Shown here: in pieces, positions 53,102-64,000 of the stretch
Layout: every line of letters starts with the position of its first letter
Position numbering within the stretch: the first letter of the stretch is position 1
Assembly: GCA_965203905.1 (NCBI GenBank)
Contig: CBDBDQ010000005.1
Span: forward strand, 1,696,001 to 1,760,000
Direction: 5' to 3'
From: Spirochaetia bacterium
Lineage (GTDB): Bacteria > Spirochaetota > Spirochaetia > SZUA-6 > Bin103
DNA: 64,000 nucleotides
Made by a program: the position numbers and the translations under genes
Notes under the pieces: generated by a model
Seen by the model: the letters and a program-made list of their open reading frames with translations, nothing else
The model's database searches: none
Told to the model about the DNA's origin: nothing

Positions 53102-53847
53102 GCAGCCTCGGTCGCTACTCGGGCAGCGGCGCCGGGACCATCTTCAGCTCCCCGTTCGTGCTCACGGCTGCCGATCTGACTCGTTCCTTCCGCGTCGGTG
53201 GAACCACGGTATACGCGCTGCAGGAGGTGAGCCTGCGGGTGCCGCGGGCGCGCCTCACCATCCTGCAGGGGCCCTCCGGCTCGGGCAAGACCACGCTGAT
53301 CAACATCCTCGGCGCCCTCGACTACCCCGACGGCGGCCGGGTGGAGTTCGACGACCTCAACATCGTGACCCTGAACGAGGGGGAACGGGACGAGTTGCGG
53401 CGCCGGCGCATGGGCTTCGTGTTCCAGTCGGTGGCCCTGATCGGAATGATGTCGGCGTTCGAGAACGTCGACTTCGCGCTGCGCGTGGCCGGCTACGACG
53501 ACACGCGGCGGGAGCAACGGGCGCAGGAGTGCCTGGCCCTGGTGGGGTTGCGCGGGCGCATGCACCACCGTCCGGGCGAGCTGTCCGGCGGCGAGCAGCA
53601 GCGGGTGGCGATCGCGCGGGCCATAGCGCACGAGCCGGCCTTGCTGTTCGCCGACGAGCCGACCGCGGAGCTGGATACCCACACCGGGCTGCAGGTGATC
53701 GGCATGGTGCGCGGGCTGGTACGCGAGCAGGGGGTGACGGTGGTGATGAGCAGCCACGATCCCTACATCATCGAGCTGGCCGATCACGTGGTGCAGTTGG
53801 AGGATGGCCGCGTCCTGGAGCCGGGGAGCCGGGATGATCAGCGCTGA
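53098..53847 (+). CDS. ABC transporter ATP-binding protein (LolD/MacB-like)
   Basis: [22 protein letters not shown]. Confidence 0.92.
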   Translation: MSSLGRYSGSGAGTIFSSPFVLTAADLTRSFRVGGTTVYALQEVSLRVPRARLTILQGPSGSGKTTLINILGALDYPDGGRVEFDDLNIVTLNEGERDELRRRRMGFVFQSVALIGMMSAFENVDFALRVAGYDDTRREQRAQECLALVGLRGRMHHRPGELSGGEQQRVAIARAIAHEPALLFADEPTAELDTHTGLQVIGMVRGLVREQGVTVVMSSHDPYIIELADHVVQLEDGRVLEPGSRDDQR

Positions 53848-54718
53848 AAACCTGGTACGGATCTACAAGACCGAGGAGTTCGAGGTGATCGCCCTGCAGG
53901 GCCTCGACCTGGAGGTCGCCGACGGCGAGCTGATGGCGATCATCGGCAACAGCGGCAGCGGCAAGTCGACCCTGCTCAACGTGATCGGCGGGCTGGACCT
54001 GCCCTCGGCCGGGAAGATCACCGTGGCCGGACGCGACCTGCTGAAGCTGTCGCGCCTGGAGCTGATCCGCTACCGGCGCGAGAAGGTGGGCTTCGTGTGG
54101 CAGAGCAGTGCCCGCAACCTCATTCCCTACCTCTCGGCGGTACAGAACGTGGAGGTGCCGATGCTGCTCACCGGCCGTCCCGAGCGCCGGGGCCGGGCGC
54201 AACGGCTGCTGGAGCTGGTGGGGATGTCGCACCGCCTCCACAGCCGGCCGGGGCAGCTTTCCGGCGGCGAGCAGCAGCGGGTGGCGATCGCCATCGCCCT
54301 GGCCAACGAACCGCCCCTGGTGCTGGCCGACGAACCCACCGGCAGCGTCGACGGGCGCACCGCCGCGGGAGTGCTGGAGGCGCTGCGCACGGTCAACCGC
54401 GAGCTCGGGGTCACCGTGGTGATCGTCACCCATGACCGGCGCATCGCCCAGGCGGTGGATCGGGTGGTGGCGATCCGCGACGGGCGCACCAGCAGCGAAT
54501 TCATCCGCCGTGGCACCTACACCAGCGAGATGGCGCATCTGGCCACCCACATGGAGGAGGCGGAGAGCCACGAGGAGCTGGCGGTGGTGGACCGCGCCGG
54601 GCGGCTGCAGGTGCCCGCCGACTACCTGCGCGCCCTGGGAGTGGAGGGCCGCGACCGGCTGCAGGTGGAGCTGGAAGAGAACCGCATCGTCCTGCGGCGT
54701 CCGACGGAGGAAGCATGA
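53834..54718 (+). CDS. ABC transporter ATP-binding protein with C-terminal AbrB-like extension
   Basis: [22 protein letters not shown]; C-terminal [11 protein letters not shown]. Confidence 0.9.
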   Translation: MISAENLVRIYKTEEFEVIALQGLDLEVADGELMAIIGNSGSGKSTLLNVIGGLDLPSAGKITVAGRDLLKLSRLELIRYRREKVGFVWQSSARNLIPYLSAVQNVEVPMLLTGRPERRGRAQRLLELVGMSHRLHSRPGQLSGGEQQRVAIAIALANEPPLVLADEPTGSVDGRTAAGVLEALRTVNRELGVTVVIVTHDRRIAQAVDRVVAIRDGRTSSEFIRRGTYTSEMAHLATHMEEAESHEELAVVDRAGRLQVPADYLRALGVEGRDRLQVELEENRIVLRRPTEEA

Positions 54719-55233
54719 CGGAGCGAGCCGGAAGCGGCGAGGCGCCGGTGATCGGGGTGATCATGGGCAGCACCTCGGACTGGGAGACCATGCGCCACGC
54801 CGACGAGACGCTGCAACAGTTCAGCGTTGCCTACGAGTGCCAGGTGGTCTCGGCGCACCGCACGCCGGACCGGATGCGCGACTACGCGCGGACCGCGGCC
54901 GGGCGCGGCCTGCAGGTGATCATCGCCGCCGCCGGCGGCGCCGCCCACCTGCCGGGCATGGTGGCGGCGCACACCCCGCTGCCGGTGCTCGGCGTGCCGG
55001 TGCAGAGCCATGCGCTGCACGGCATCGACTCCCTGCTCTCGATCGTGCAGATGCCGGCGGGAGTGCCGGTCGGCACGCTGGCCATCGGCCGCGCCGGCGC
55101 CGTCAACGCCGCCCTGCTGGCGGTAGCGGTGGTCGCCCTGGGCCGGCCGCGGCTGCGCGCCGAGCTGGAGGCGTTTCGCGCCCGCCAGACCGAGACCGTG
55201 CTGCAGGCGACACTGCCGCCCGCGAGTGGCTGA
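54715..55233 (+). CDS. purE: N5-CAIR mutase
   Basis: [33 protein letters not shown]. Confidence 0.96.
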   Translation: MTERAGSGEAPVIGVIMGSTSDWETMRHADETLQQFSVAYECQVVSAHRTPDRMRDYARTAAGRGLQVIIAAAGGAAHLPGMVAAHTPLPVLGVPVQSHALHGIDSLLSIVQMPAGVPVGTLAIGRAGAVNAALLAVAVVALGRPRLRAELEAFRARQTETVLQATLPPASG

Positions 55234-55334
55234 GGCCTCTGTCGATGACCGTCTCAGTACTGTCGCGGCAGGCCTGGACCCGCGGCGGCGCGCCGCAGCC
55301 GGCGCCCCGGGTGCGCGCGTAACGGGCTGCCGGG

Positions 55335-56543
55335 ATGGCACGTGGACACCGGCGCCCGCAACCAATCCTGCCGGGGGCGACGATCGGCATTCTCGGCAGC
55401 GGCCAGCTCGGCCGCATGCTGGCGCTGGCCGCGGCGGCGCTCGGTTACCGGGTGCGGGTGTACTCGCCCGACACGGACTCGCCGGCCGGCCAGGTCGCCG
55501 CGGGCGAGGTGGTGGGCGGCTACGAGGATGCCGCCGCCATCGCCCGCTTCGCCGCCGGAGTGGACCTGCTCACCTTCGAGTTCGAGAATCTTTCCAGTGC
55601 GGCGGTGGCGGCGGCAACGCGCCATGCCGTGGTGCGCCCCGGTGCGGAGGTGCTGGCGACGGCCCAGAACCGGCAGCGCGAGAAGCAGTACCTCAGTGCC
55701 GCTGGTTTCCCGGTAACCACGTGGAGCCCGTTGCCGGTGCCGGCCAACCGCGAGCCATCCGCGCGGCCGTCCTCCGCCGGCACGCCCCGCGCCGGCGGCC
55801 CGGGCGTCGATCCCGCGCCGCCCGAAGTCGGCTTTCCGGCCATCGTGAAGACCGCCGGCTTCGGCTACGACGGCAAGGGCCAGCGCCGCGTGGGGGACGC
55901 CGCCGAGCTCGCCGCCGCGGTCGCGGAAGCGGGCTCGGGGCCGCTCATCGTGGAGCAGGTGGTGCCCTTCGACCGCGAGCTGTCGGTCATCGGCGCGCGC
56001 TCGCCCGGCGGCGAGTTCCGCGTCTACGGGCCGTTCGAGAATAGCCACCGGCGCCACATCCTGGATCTGACCAGCTCCCCCGTCGCGATCGGCGAAGCGC
56101 TACGGCGCCACGCGCGCGAGCTGGTACGCGACCTCATGGAGCAACTCGACGTGATCGGCCTGCTGTGCGTGGAGCTGTTCCAGGCAGGCGACCGGCTGAT
56201 CGTCAACGAGGTGGCGCCGCGGCCCCACAACTCGGGCCACCTGACCATCGACGCCTGCGAGACCGGCCAGTTCGAGCAGCACATCCGCGCCGTGTGCGGG
56301 CTGCCGCTGGGCGACCCGGCGCAGCACACCCCCGCGGCGATGGCAAACCTGCTCGGCGACCTGTGGCCGCACGGCGCCACTCCCGCGTGGCAGCGGGCGC
56401 TGGCGCAGCCCGGTGTAAAGCTACACCTGTACGCCAAGAGTGAACCGCGGCCCGGACGCAAGATGGGCCACCTCACCGCCCTGGCGTCCGACACCGCGAC
56501 CGCGGTCCACCGCGCCACCTCCGCCCGAAAGCAGCTCGGCTGA
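55335..56543 (+). CDS. purK: N5-CAIR synthetase
   Basis: GILGSGQLGRM, TFEFEN, GYDGKGQ, NEVAPRPHNSGH, GRKMGH. Confidence 0.95.
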   Translation: MARGHRRPQPILPGATIGILGSGQLGRMLALAAAALGYRVRVYSPDTDSPAGQVAAGEVVGGYEDAAAIARFAAGVDLLTFEFENLSSAAVAAATRHAVVRPGAEVLATAQNRQREKQYLSAAGFPVTTWSPLPVPANREPSARPSSAGTPRAGGPGVDPAPPEVGFPAIVKTAGFGYDGKGQRRVGDAAELAAAVAEAGSGPLIVEQVVPFDRELSVIGARSPGGEFRVYGPFENSHRRHILDLTSSPVAIGEALRRHARELVRDLMEQLDVIGLLCVELFQAGDRLIVNEVAPRPHNSGHLTIDACETGQFEQHIRAVCGLPLGDPAQHTPAAMANLLGDLWPHGATPAWQRALAQPGVKLHLYAKSEPRPGRKMGHLTALASDTATAVHRATSARKQLG

Positions 56544-56659
56544 CACGCTCCGGTGAGGCCCGTCTTGTGATAGGATGGGTACGCGCTGAATCAGCATGCG
56601 GTCTGCCACGGCGCAGAGACGCTGGACCGGTGTCTGCGGCGTGAAAAGGAGATCGAATC

Positions 56660-56980
56660 ATGATCATGACTACCACCCCCACGATCCAGGGGAAGAACAT
56701 CCGTGACTATCGCGGCATCGTCACCGGAGAGGCGATCATCGGCGCCAACATCTTCAAGGACTTCTTCGCCGGCATCCGCGACATCGTCGGTGGCCGGTCC
56801 GCGGCCTACGAAGGAGAGCTGCGCAACGCCCGTGAGATGGCCCTGCAGGAGTTGGAGGAAGCGGCGCGGCAGCAGGGCGGCAACGCGGTCGTGGGCATCG
56901 ATCTCGACTACGAGGTCGTCGGCCAGGGCGGCAGCATGCTGATGGTGAGCGCCAGCGGCACCGCCGTCACCGTCGACTGA
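56660..56980 (+). CDS. ybjQ: YbjQ/UPF0145 family protein
   Basis: [34 protein letters not shown]; AAAGGAG SD. Confidence 0.9.
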   Translation: MIMTTTPTIQGKNIRDYRGIVTGEAIIGANIFKDFFAGIRDIVGGRSAAYEGELRNAREMALQELEEAARQQGGNAVVGIDLDYEVVGQGGSMLMVSASGTAVTVD

Positions 56981-57021
56981 AGCGATATCGCGCGGCGATA
57001 CCCTGATGACGGAGTGCTGAA

Positions 57022-58368
57022 GTGACCATCGAGCAGCAGTATCTGGATCGGCACCGGCGATCGGCGCAGGCGTATGAGCGCGCCGGCGGGGCGTTTCCCG
57101 GTGGCGTGACCCACGATGCGCGCTACCTGGAGCCGTTTCCCATCGTCCTCACCGGCGCCCAGGGCACGCGCAAGGTGGACCTGGACGACAACCAGTACAT
57201 CGACTACGTGATGGGCCACGGCGCCCTGCTGCTCGGGCACAGCCATCCCGCCATCGTGGCGGCGGTGAGCGAGCAGATGCAGCGCGGCACCCACCTGGGA
57301 GGCAACACCGAGCTGGAGTTGCGCTGGGCCGAGGCGGTGCAGCGGCTGATGCCGTCGGCGGAGCGGGTGCGGTTCCACAGTTCCGGCACCGAGGCCACGC
57401 TGATGGCGTTGCGCCTGGCACGCGCCTTCACCGGGCGCAGCAAGGTGCTGCGTTTTCAAGAGCATTTCCACGGCTGGCACGACTACGCCGCGGCCATTCC
57501 GGGTGACGGACCGTTTGCCGGCCCCGGCATCCCGGCGGCGGTGGGCGCGAGCGTACGGGTCATCCCCGCGGGCGACGCGGAGTTGCTGGAGCGGACCCTG
57601 GCCGGCGACCCTGAAATCGCGGCGGTGATCCTGGAGCCCACCGGCGCCCTCGGCGGTCGCCTGCCGTTAGCCGCCGAGTTTGTGCGCCAGGTGCGCGAGA
57701 GCACCACCCGGCACGGCGTGCTGCTGATCTTCGACGAGGTCGTCACCGGCTTCCGCATCACCCCGGGCGGCGCCCAGCGGCGGCTGGGGATCCGGCCCGA
57801 CCTCACCACCATGGCCAAGATCGTCGCCGGCGGTCTGCCGGGCGGGGCGGTGGGCGGCCGCGCCGAGATTCTCGATCAGATCGCCATGTCCGGCGGCGCC
57901 CGCCGCGTGGCCCATCCCGGCACCTTCAACGCCAACCCGCTGAGCGCGGTCGCCGGCAGCACCTGTCTCGGGCTGGTGGCCAGCGAGCCTCTGACCGAGC
58001 GTGCCGGGCGCGCCGCCGACCGGTTGTGTACCGGCATGAATCGGCTGTTCGCGGACAGCGGCACGCAGGGCTTCGCCTACCACGACAGCTCGCTGCTGCA
58101 CGTGGCGCCCAATGTCGAGGGGGACGGCAGCCCGGCGGCGGTCGCGGCCGCCCTGCCGGCGCTGACCAGTACCCGCGGCGGAGCGGTGGCACAGCGCTTT
58201 CGCCTGGCGCTGCTGAACGAGGGGGTGGACGCCATGCGCGGCGTCGGCTACATCGTGTCGGCGCTGCACAGCGATGCGGACATCGACGCCACCCTGGTCG
58301 CCTTCGGCCGCGCCCTGGAACGCCTGCGGTCAGAGGGAATCCTCCAACGCCGCGCCGCCGCCGCGTAG
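57022..58368 (+). CDS. Class III aminotransferase (glutamate-1-semialdehyde aminomutase-like)
   Basis: SGTEA, FHG, LIFDEVVTGFR, PLP lysine in TMAKIVAGG, GTFNANP. Confidence 0.88.
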   Translation: MTIEQQYLDRHRRSAQAYERAGGAFPGGVTHDARYLEPFPIVLTGAQGTRKVDLDDNQYIDYVMGHGALLLGHSHPAIVAAVSEQMQRGTHLGGNTELELRWAEAVQRLMPSAERVRFHSSGTEATLMALRLARAFTGRSKVLRFQEHFHGWHDYAAAIPGDGPFAGPGIPAAVGASVRVIPAGDAELLERTLAGDPEIAAVILEPTGALGGRLPLAAEFVRQVRESTTRHGVLLIFDEVVTGFRITPGGAQRRLGIRPDLTTMAKIVAGGLPGGAVGGRAEILDQIAMSGGARRVAHPGTFNANPLSAVAGSTCLGLVASEPLTERAGRAADRLCTGMNRLFADSGTQGFAYHDSSLLHVAPNVEGDGSPAAVAAALPALTSTRGGAVAQRFRLALLNEGVDAMRGVGYIVSALHSDADIDATLVAFGRALERLRSEGILQRRAAAA

Positions 58369-58378
58369 GGATTGAATT

Positions 58379-58873
58379 CTACACGCGAATCACGGGATAC
58401 TGTGGAAACCGGTCGTTCCAGGTATCCATGTTGAATACACCAACCTTACTGACAATCGGCCTGCTCCAAGCGCTCGAATTGGGACCAAGTAATGGAAGTT
58501 TCTGCTTCAGTGCATCAAGTCTACTGAGCAGGACCTTCCTGTCTATTCCAGTGATGAGGACGAAGTAATCTATCGGCTTGTGAGCTCGTCCAGATGCCCA
58601 TTCATAGAGGAACGAGTCGCGATACTTGTACTTGAGCGACTCGTCAAGCTGGCCTCGCTTGAAACGCGCCCGGAATCCCTCAGTGTTTTCTTCTGGGACT
58701 TGGGTAGCTTCCGGGTCCTTTATCTCGACAAACAAGAAACGTTCCGGTAGCTCAATTATGAAGTCGACCGCCTTCATACAGTGACTAAGACCATGGCTTG
58801 AGCCATCATCGAACTTGCGACCACTTATGGCCCCATTAAATGTGATCTGAATAGTGCCTTCGGAGAGCGTCAC
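58379..58873 (-). CDS. Putative PD-(D/E)xK nuclease-fold protein
   Basis: AVDFIIE..LFVEIKD (D..ExK); GTGA overlap with the ATPase stop; lower GC than flanks. Confidence 0.6.
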   Translation of the reverse strand: MTLSEGTIQITFNGAISGRKFDDGSSHGLSHCMKAVDFIIELPERFLFVEIKDPEATQVPEENTEGFRARFKRGQLDESLKYKYRDSFLYEWASGRAHKPIDYFVLITGIDRKVLLSRLDALKQKLPLLGPNSSAWSRPIVSKVGVFNMDTWNDRFPQYPVIRV

Positions 58874-59892
58874 CTAACTGGCTCGCTCATGCTTCGGTCG
58901 ATTTCACGGTCATATAGCTCGTCAAACGTTTCGGCGATCGCATTCGGTGCGATATCCAGGTAATGATGAGTGGTTCGACACGCTATTTCCCTAGTATCCT
59001 TGTCCCGGTAGAGGGAATGAAATGCTATCTTGTCATCGTCGGTGCTGAGCAAGTCAAGTTCTTTGAGGATGACATAGTCATGGGTGGCGAGCAGAATCTG
59101 AACGCCGATACGTTGCAGCTCGAGCAGAACCTTTATCAGTGTCCCAAAGACTTTGGGATTCAGATTGGTCTCAGGTTCGTCCCATAGCAACAGCGACCCA
59201 TCTCGCAACGTGCCGTTTTGAATCAGGAGCCACAGTAGGGCTAGCTTACGGACACCCTCTGCAAGCAACGAAAACTCGAGATTACCCTGTCTATTTCGGA
59301 GAAAAAACTCTTCGTGTTGGATGCTGACCTTGCCCTGAATCGCATCCTGAAGGATAGCCAACAAGCGCTTGCGGCTCGGTTCCGTCGGACCACGTAGTAT
59401 TGGTGTATAGGCGCGGTCGAGAATGTCCTTGTAGATTTCCTCGAAGTGAATCTCCCGAGTCTCATAGAGAGATCGGAACCCGGGAGCGTTCGAAAGCATC
59501 TCCTTTACCGGAATGTAGACAGATTCGATAGGATTGTCTATCCAGGCTCTCGATCTTGTTGACTTTACCGTAGACCCGGAGCGGGTCCGGCTGGAAAATG
59601 ATGACTGTAGTCTGAGTGAGCCACGGAAGACTCGTATAGTTGCCTTCGAGTTGCCCTGTTGGCGTTTGACTAGACGTCCTAATGAACGACCTGAAGGAAG
59701 GAACACTCGTACGAGTTTATCCACAAATCGGCCATCTGTTTTGTAGGCATCACACGCCGCATGGCAGACTTTCATGAAATGAGTCTTACCAGTGCCGTTG
59801 GCGCCTACTAAGACATTGATTCCTGGGGATAGGTCCAGGGTCAGTTTGGAGAACGCCGTAAAGCACTCAAGTTCAACTCGGCTCAATCCCAC
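58870..59892 (-). CDS. ABC-type (AAA_15/AAA_21, AbiEii-like) ATPase
   Basis: GANGTGKT Walker A, LAEG signature, LLWDEPE Walker B, ATHD H-loop; no TM partner; start uncertain. Confidence 0.82.
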   Translation of the reverse strand: MGLSRVELECFTAFSKLTLDLSPGINVLVGANGTGKTHFMKVCHAACDAYKTDGRFVDKLVRVFLPSGRSLGRLVKRQQGNSKATIRVFRGSLRLQSSFSSRTRSGSTVKSTRSRAWIDNPIESVYIPVKEMLSNAPGFRSLYETREIHFEEIYKDILDRAYTPILRGPTEPSRKRLLAILQDAIQGKVSIQHEEFFLRNRQGNLEFSLLAEGVRKLALLWLLIQNGTLRDGSLLLWDEPETNLNPKVFGTLIKVLLELQRIGVQILLATHDYVILKELDLLSTDDDKIAFHSLYRDKDTREIACRTTHHYLDIAPNAIAETFDELYDREIDRSMSEPVR

Positions 59893-60097
59893 GGTCACCC
59901 GCTGCAGCTCCCCATCGCCGGTACGATGATCCCGCAGTCCGGCCGACTCGCGGGCAGAGGTCAAGAAACACCCATCCAACATTAGGTATGGTCAAGACCG
60001 CACGACTATATCACACCGCTGCGGAACGGACCTGTGGCGGCGTCGCCGGGATCGCCGCTGGTCACCGCGAGGTCACCCGCCCCGCCCGGCAAGGGGA

Positions 60098-60126
60098 TTG
60101 ACAGCACTCCCGCCGCGGCATAACTT
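60098..60126 (+). promoter_or_regulatory. sigma70-type promoter
   Basis: TTGACA-17 nt-TAACTT, followed by GGAGG and ATG 60149. Confidence 0.7.
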
Positions 60127-60148
60127 GTAACGTCACGGGAGGTGCGAG

Positions 60149-60403
60149 ATGCGCATCACGATAGCAGTACTGATCATGGGGGCAATTACCTTGTTCGCCA
60201 TGTCGCTGGTGTTCGACGACGTGCTTCCCTTCTCGCTCAGCGTTCCTCAGGTGGTGGCCCAGCCGGTAGTGGAGGCCGCGCCAGCGGTGACCGCTCCTGC
60301 CAGTGTCACTACCTCAAGCGTGGTCCAGACGCAGAGTATGACCCAGGAGGAAACGTGGAGCAAGGGGTATGCCGGCGCCGGGTGCGCGGCGGGAGGCCAT
60401 TAG
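60149..60403 (+). CDS. Small exported/membrane-anchored protein of unknown function (84 aa)
   Basis: Own promoter, SD and terminator; hydrophobic N-terminus, Pro/Ala/Thr linker, C-terminal WSKGYAGAGCAAGGH. Confidence 0.7.
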   Translation: MRITIAVLIMGAITLFAMSLVFDDVLPFSLSVPQVVAQPVVEAAPAVTAPASVTTSSVVQTQSMTQEETWSKGYAGAGCAAGGH

Positions 60404-60431
60404 GCCCCGCGCCATCCGACACCTGTCTACG

Positions 60432-60474
60432 AGGACTTCGGTGGCCTGACCCGGCTGTCGGAGTCCTTTTTGTT
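60432..60474 (+). terminator. Intrinsic terminator
   Basis: AGGACTTCGGTGGCC / GGCTGTCGGAGTCCT stem (with G-U pairs) followed by TTTTGTT. Confidence 0.75.
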
Positions 60475-60479
60475 GCACC

Positions 60480-63400
60480 ATGGATACTGACGCGCTGAAC
60501 CTGTTCCATCCCGCCGTGGCGAGCTGGTTTCGCGGTGCCTTTGCCGCCCCGTCGCCGGCGCAGCGCGCGGCGTGGCCGGCCATCAAGGCCGCCAGCCACA
60601 CCCTGATCGCGGCGCCGACCGGCTCCGGCAAGACGCTGGCGGCGTTCCTGTGTGCCATCGACGAGCTGGTGCGGGAGGCCGCCGCGGGTACCCTGACGGA
60701 CGAGACCCGGGTCGTCTACGTCTCCCCGCTGAAGGCTCTCAGCAACGACATCGAGCGCAACCTGCAGGCTCCCCTGCAGGGCGTCTGCACGCTGTTGCAG
60801 AACTCCGATGCGGTCGACGCGGCGCAGATCCGCGCCGGCCTGCGTACCGGCGATACGCCGGCTTCCGTCCGCACCGCCATGACCAAGCGGCCGCCGCACA
60901 TCGTGGTCACCACGCCGGAGTCACTCTACCTGCTGCTCACCAGCGCCGGCGGCCGCGGCATGCTGGCCACCACGCGCACCGTGATCGTGGACGAGATTCA
61001 CGCCATTCTCGGCTCCAAGCGCGGCTCCCACCTGGCGCTGAGCCTGGAGCGACTGGACGCCCTCACCGTGAAACCGGTGACCCGCATCGGCCTGTCCGCA
61101 ACCCAGCGTCCCATCGCCACGGCCGCCGCCTTCCTGACCGGAATGGGGGATTGCCAGTCCGCCGCCGATCCGCCGCCGGCCTGCCGCATCGTCGACAGCG
61201 GCCACCGCCGCGCCATGGACGTGGCGCTGGAGCTGCCCGCCTCACCCCTGGAGGCGGTGATGGCGAACGAGGTGTGGGAAGAACTGTACCAGCGCCTGGC
61301 GGAGCTGATCCTGGATCACCGCACCACCCTGATCTTCGTCAACACGCGGCGCCTGGCGGAGCGCATGAGCCATGCTCTGGAGGCACTGCTGGGAGCCGAG
61401 CAGGTGGCAGCTCACCACGGCAGCCTGTCGCGTGAGCAGCGTCTGGACGCCGAGCAGCGGCTGAAGGCCGGCAACCTGCGCGTCATCGTCGCCACCGCGT
61501 CGCTGGAGCTGGGCATCGACATCGGCGTGGTCGACCTGGTGTGCCAGTTCGGCTCGCCCAAGTCGATCATGGCGTTCCTGCAGCGCGTCGGGCGCTCCGG
61601 TCACCACATCTCCGGCACCCCCAAGGGCCGGCTGTTCCCCCTTACCCGCGACGAACTGGTGGAGTGCACGGCGCTGCTGGCCGCGGCCCAGGCCGGAGAA
61701 CTGGATCGCATCAGCGTGCCGCCGCAGCCGCTGGACGTGCTGGCGCAACAGATCGTGGCCGAGGTGAGCACGCGGGAGTGGGCGACCGATGCGCTGTTCG
61801 CCGTCTGCCGGCGCGCGTATTCCTACCGCGAGCTGCCGCGCGAGCGGTTCGATTGCGTGGTGCGCATGCTGGCCGAGGGGTTCTCCACCGCGCGCGGGCG
61901 CCGCGCCGCCTACCTGCATCACGACGCCATCGGCGGCCGGGTGCGTGCCCGCCGCGGCGCCGGCCTGGCCGCGCTGACCAACGGCGGCGCGATTCCCGAC
62001 AACTTCGACTACCAGGTGCGGGTCGATCCGCAGGACCTGTTCATCGGCAGCGTCCACGAGGACTTCGCCGTGGAGAGCGTACCCGGCGACATCTTTCTGC
62101 TCGGCAACAAGTCGTGGGAGATCGTCAAGGTCGAGACCGGGGTGGTGCGGGTGGTGGATGCCGGTGGCAAGCCGCCGACCCTGCCGTTCTGGCTGGGGGA
62201 GGCCCCGGGGCGCAGCGACGAGCTGTCGCAGGCGGTGTCCGGCCTGCGGGCGCGGGTGCAGCGGCTGGTCGAGGCGGACGGCGCGGCCGCCGCCTGCCGC
62301 TGGCTGGCAGGGGAGGTGGGGCTGGATGCCGCGGCCGCGGACCAGGTGGTGGGGTACCTGCACGCCGGCATGAACGCCCTGGGCGCCATGCCCACCCATG
62401 CCACCGCGGTGATGGAGCGCTTCTTCGATGAAGCCGGCGACATGCACCTGGTGATTCACTCTCCGCGCGGCAGCCGCCTCAACCGCGCCTGGGGGCTGGC
62501 GCTGCGCAAGCGTTTCTGCCGCAACTTCAACTTCGAGCTGCAGGCGGCGGCCAATGAAGACACCCTGGTGCTGTCGCTGGGCCAGACCCACAGCTTCCCG
62601 CTGGCCGACGTGTGGCGCTACCTGAATCGCACCAGCGTGCGCGAGGTGCTGGTGCAGGCGCTGCTCGACGCACCCATGTTTCAGACCCGCTGGCGCTGGA
62701 ACGCCTCCTGCGCCCTGGCCGTGCTGCGCCAGCGCGGCGGCAAGCGGGTGGCACCCTACCTGCAGCGGATGCAGTCCGAGGACCTGTTGTCGCTGGTGTT
62801 TCCCGATCAGCTTGCCTGTCAGGAGAACCTCAGCGGCGAGCGCGAGATCCCCGACCACCCCCTGGTGACCCAGGCGATCGGCGACTGCCTGACCGAGGCG
62901 ATGGACATCGCACAGCTCGAGTCGCTGCTGGAGGAGATGGATCGGGGCGCGGTGACCCTGGTGGCGCGCGACCTGCGCGAGCCGTCTCCCTTCGCCCAGG
63001 AGATCATCAATGCGCGGCCGTACGCGTTCCTGGATGACGCGCCCCTGGAGGAGCGCCGCACGCAGGCGATTCGCAACCGGCGCTGGATCACGCCGGAGGA
63101 AGCGCGCGAGTTCGGAGCGCTCGATGCCGCCGCCATCGCCCAGGTACGTGCCGAGGCGCTGCCGCGGGTGGAAGACGCCGACGAACTGCACGATGCCCTG
63201 GAGCTGCTCACCTTCATCGACGAGGCCGAAGGGGTAGGCGCCGGATGGGAGGAGCTGTTTGCCGCCCTGGCCGGCCAGGGCCGGGCCACGCGACTGACCC
63301 TGCCCGCCACCTCCGCCGGGCCCCCCGCGGCACGCTGGATCGCGGCCGAGCGGCTGCCCCTGTGGCAGGCCCTGGTCGATCCGCTACGCTCCGAACCGGC

Positions 63401-64000
63401 GCTGCAGCTCCCGGCGGAGCTGACCGAGCGGACGTGGCGGCGCGAAGAGGCGTTGCGCGAGGTGGTGCGCGGCCGCCTGGAGGCGGCCGGCCCGATCAGC
63501 GCCGCCGCCCTGGCACGGCAGATCGGCGTGTCGCGGCAGGAGGTGGAGCTGGCGCTGCTGGCGCTGGAGATCGAAGGCGCGGTGCTGCGCGGCGAGTTCA
63601 CCGGCGGCGGCGGCGAGGAGTGGTGTGAGCGGCGCCTGCTGGCACGGATCCATCGCTACACCCTGGGTCGCCTGCGCCGCGAGATCGAGCCGCTGGCGTT
63701 CGACGACTACCTGCGGTTTCTGTTCGACTGGCAGATGGTCGCTCCCATCACCGGGCACAGCGCTGGCGAGGCGGCGGAGGGTCCGGACGCGCTGCTTGCC
63801 GTAGTCCACCAGCTCGCGGGATACGAGGCTCCCGCGGCGGCCTGGGAGGAGTGGATCCTGCCGGCGCGGGTGCCCGGCTACGACCCGGCCTGGCTCGATC
63901 TGCTGTGCGCCGGGGGCGACGTGGCGTGGGCGCGGCTACGGCCGCCGAACGGAAATCGACACGGCAACAGCGGCGGTCCGGTGGCGAGCAGCCCCATCGC
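60480..64000 (+). CDS. lhr: Lhr-family DEAD/DEAH helicase (runs off window end)
   Basis: Not in the ORF track because there is no stop. [68 protein letters not shown]. Confidence 0.9.
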   Translation, partial: MDTDALNLFHPAVASWFRGAFAAPSPAQRAAWPAIKAASHTLIAAPTGSGKTLAAFLCAIDELVREAAAGTLTDETRVVYVSPLKALSNDIERNLQAPLQGVCTLLQNSDAVDAAQIRAGLRTGDTPASVRTAMTKRPPHIVVTTPESLYLLLTSAGGRGMLATTRTVIVDEIHAILGSKRGSHLALSLERLDALTVKPVTRIGLSATQRPIATAAAFLTGMGDCQSAADPPPACRIVDSGHRRAMDVALELPASPLEAVMANEVWEELYQRLAELILDHRTTLIFVNTRRLAERMSHALEALLGAEQVAAHHGSLSREQRLDAEQRLKAGNLRVIVATASLELGIDIGVVDLVCQFGSPKSIMAFLQRVGRSGHHISGTPKGRLFPLTRDELVECTALLAAAQAGELDRISVPPQPLDVLAQQIVAEVSTREWATDALFAVCRRAYSYRELPRERFDCVVRMLAEGFSTARGRRAAYLHHDAIGGRVRARRGAGLAALTNGGAIPDNFDYQVRVDPQDLFIGSVHEDFAVESVPGDIFLLGNKSWEIVKVETGVVRVVDAGGKPPTLPFWLGEAPGRSDELSQAVSGLRARVQRLVEADGAAAACRWLAGEVGLDAAAADQVVGYLHAGMNALGAMPTHATAVMERFFDEAGDMHLVIHSPRGSRLNRAWGLALRKRFCRNFNFELQAAANEDTLVLSLGQTHSFPLADVWRYLNRTSVREVLVQALLDAPMFQTRWRWNASCALAVLRQRGGKRVAPYLQRMQSEDLLSLVFPDQLACQENLSGEREIPDHPLVTQAIGDCLTEAMDIAQLESLLEEMDRGAVTLVARDLREPSPFAQEIINARPYAFLDDAPLEERRTQAIRNRRWITPEEAREFGALDAAAIAQVRAEALPRVEDADELHDALELLTFIDEAEGVGAGWEELFAALAGQGRATRLTLPATSAGPPAARWIAAERLPLWQALVDPLRSEPALQLPAELTERTWRREEALREVVRGRLEAAGPISAAALARQIGVSRQEVELALLALEIEGAVLRGEFTGGGGEEWCERRLLARIHRYTLGRLRREIEPLAFDDYLRFLFDWQMVAPITGHSAGEAAEGPDALLAVVHQLAGYEAPAAAWEEWILPARVPGYDPAWLDLLCAGGDVAWARLRPPNGNRHGNSGGPVASSPI

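Noticed and set aside
57022-58368. Assigning hemL
   Set aside because: The family is clear, but there is no tetrapyrrole gene context and such paralogs are common; orthology cannot be shown by eye.

Overview
High-GC bacterial DNA with no rRNA, tRNA or CRISPR array visible; the host cannot be identified from this window. Bases ~0.6-10.4 kb form a decaying defence island. It contains an apparently intact E2-only (type II short) CBASS operon (CD-NTase, E2-fold protein, patatin effector) transcribed head-to-head with an XRE-HTH/ImmA-IrrE peptidase fusion plus PIN gene. This cassette and a DUF5131/TcmP pair lie between the broken remains of a helicase(DUF3883) and a DUF499 gene, and several neighbours keep their ends but have lost their middles. 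Next come a sigma54-driven nitrate assimilation operon (NarK-type transporter, NirA, diflavin reductase, NasA-NADH oxidoreductase fusion, rubredoxin-domain protein) and a hicBA-like pair. They are followed by a non-housekeeping Hsp70 operon (945-aa TPR-like protein, J-like protein with HPP instead of HPD, GrpE, Hsp70, Zn-ribbon/TPR protein), the least familiar system here. The rest holds two Fic genes, peptidases, a GH29 fucosidase, a degenerate membrane-anchored DEDD exonuclease, a VapBC45-like pair, an Rpn gene with an internal SD/start, a second XRE-ImmA fusion, a catabolic cluster, a 14-repeat beta-propeller protein, a MacAB/FtsX-type ABC exporter, purE/purK, an ABC-ATPase + nuclease pair and a truncated Lhr helicase. 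All family calls come from motif recognition by eye; no database searches were run.
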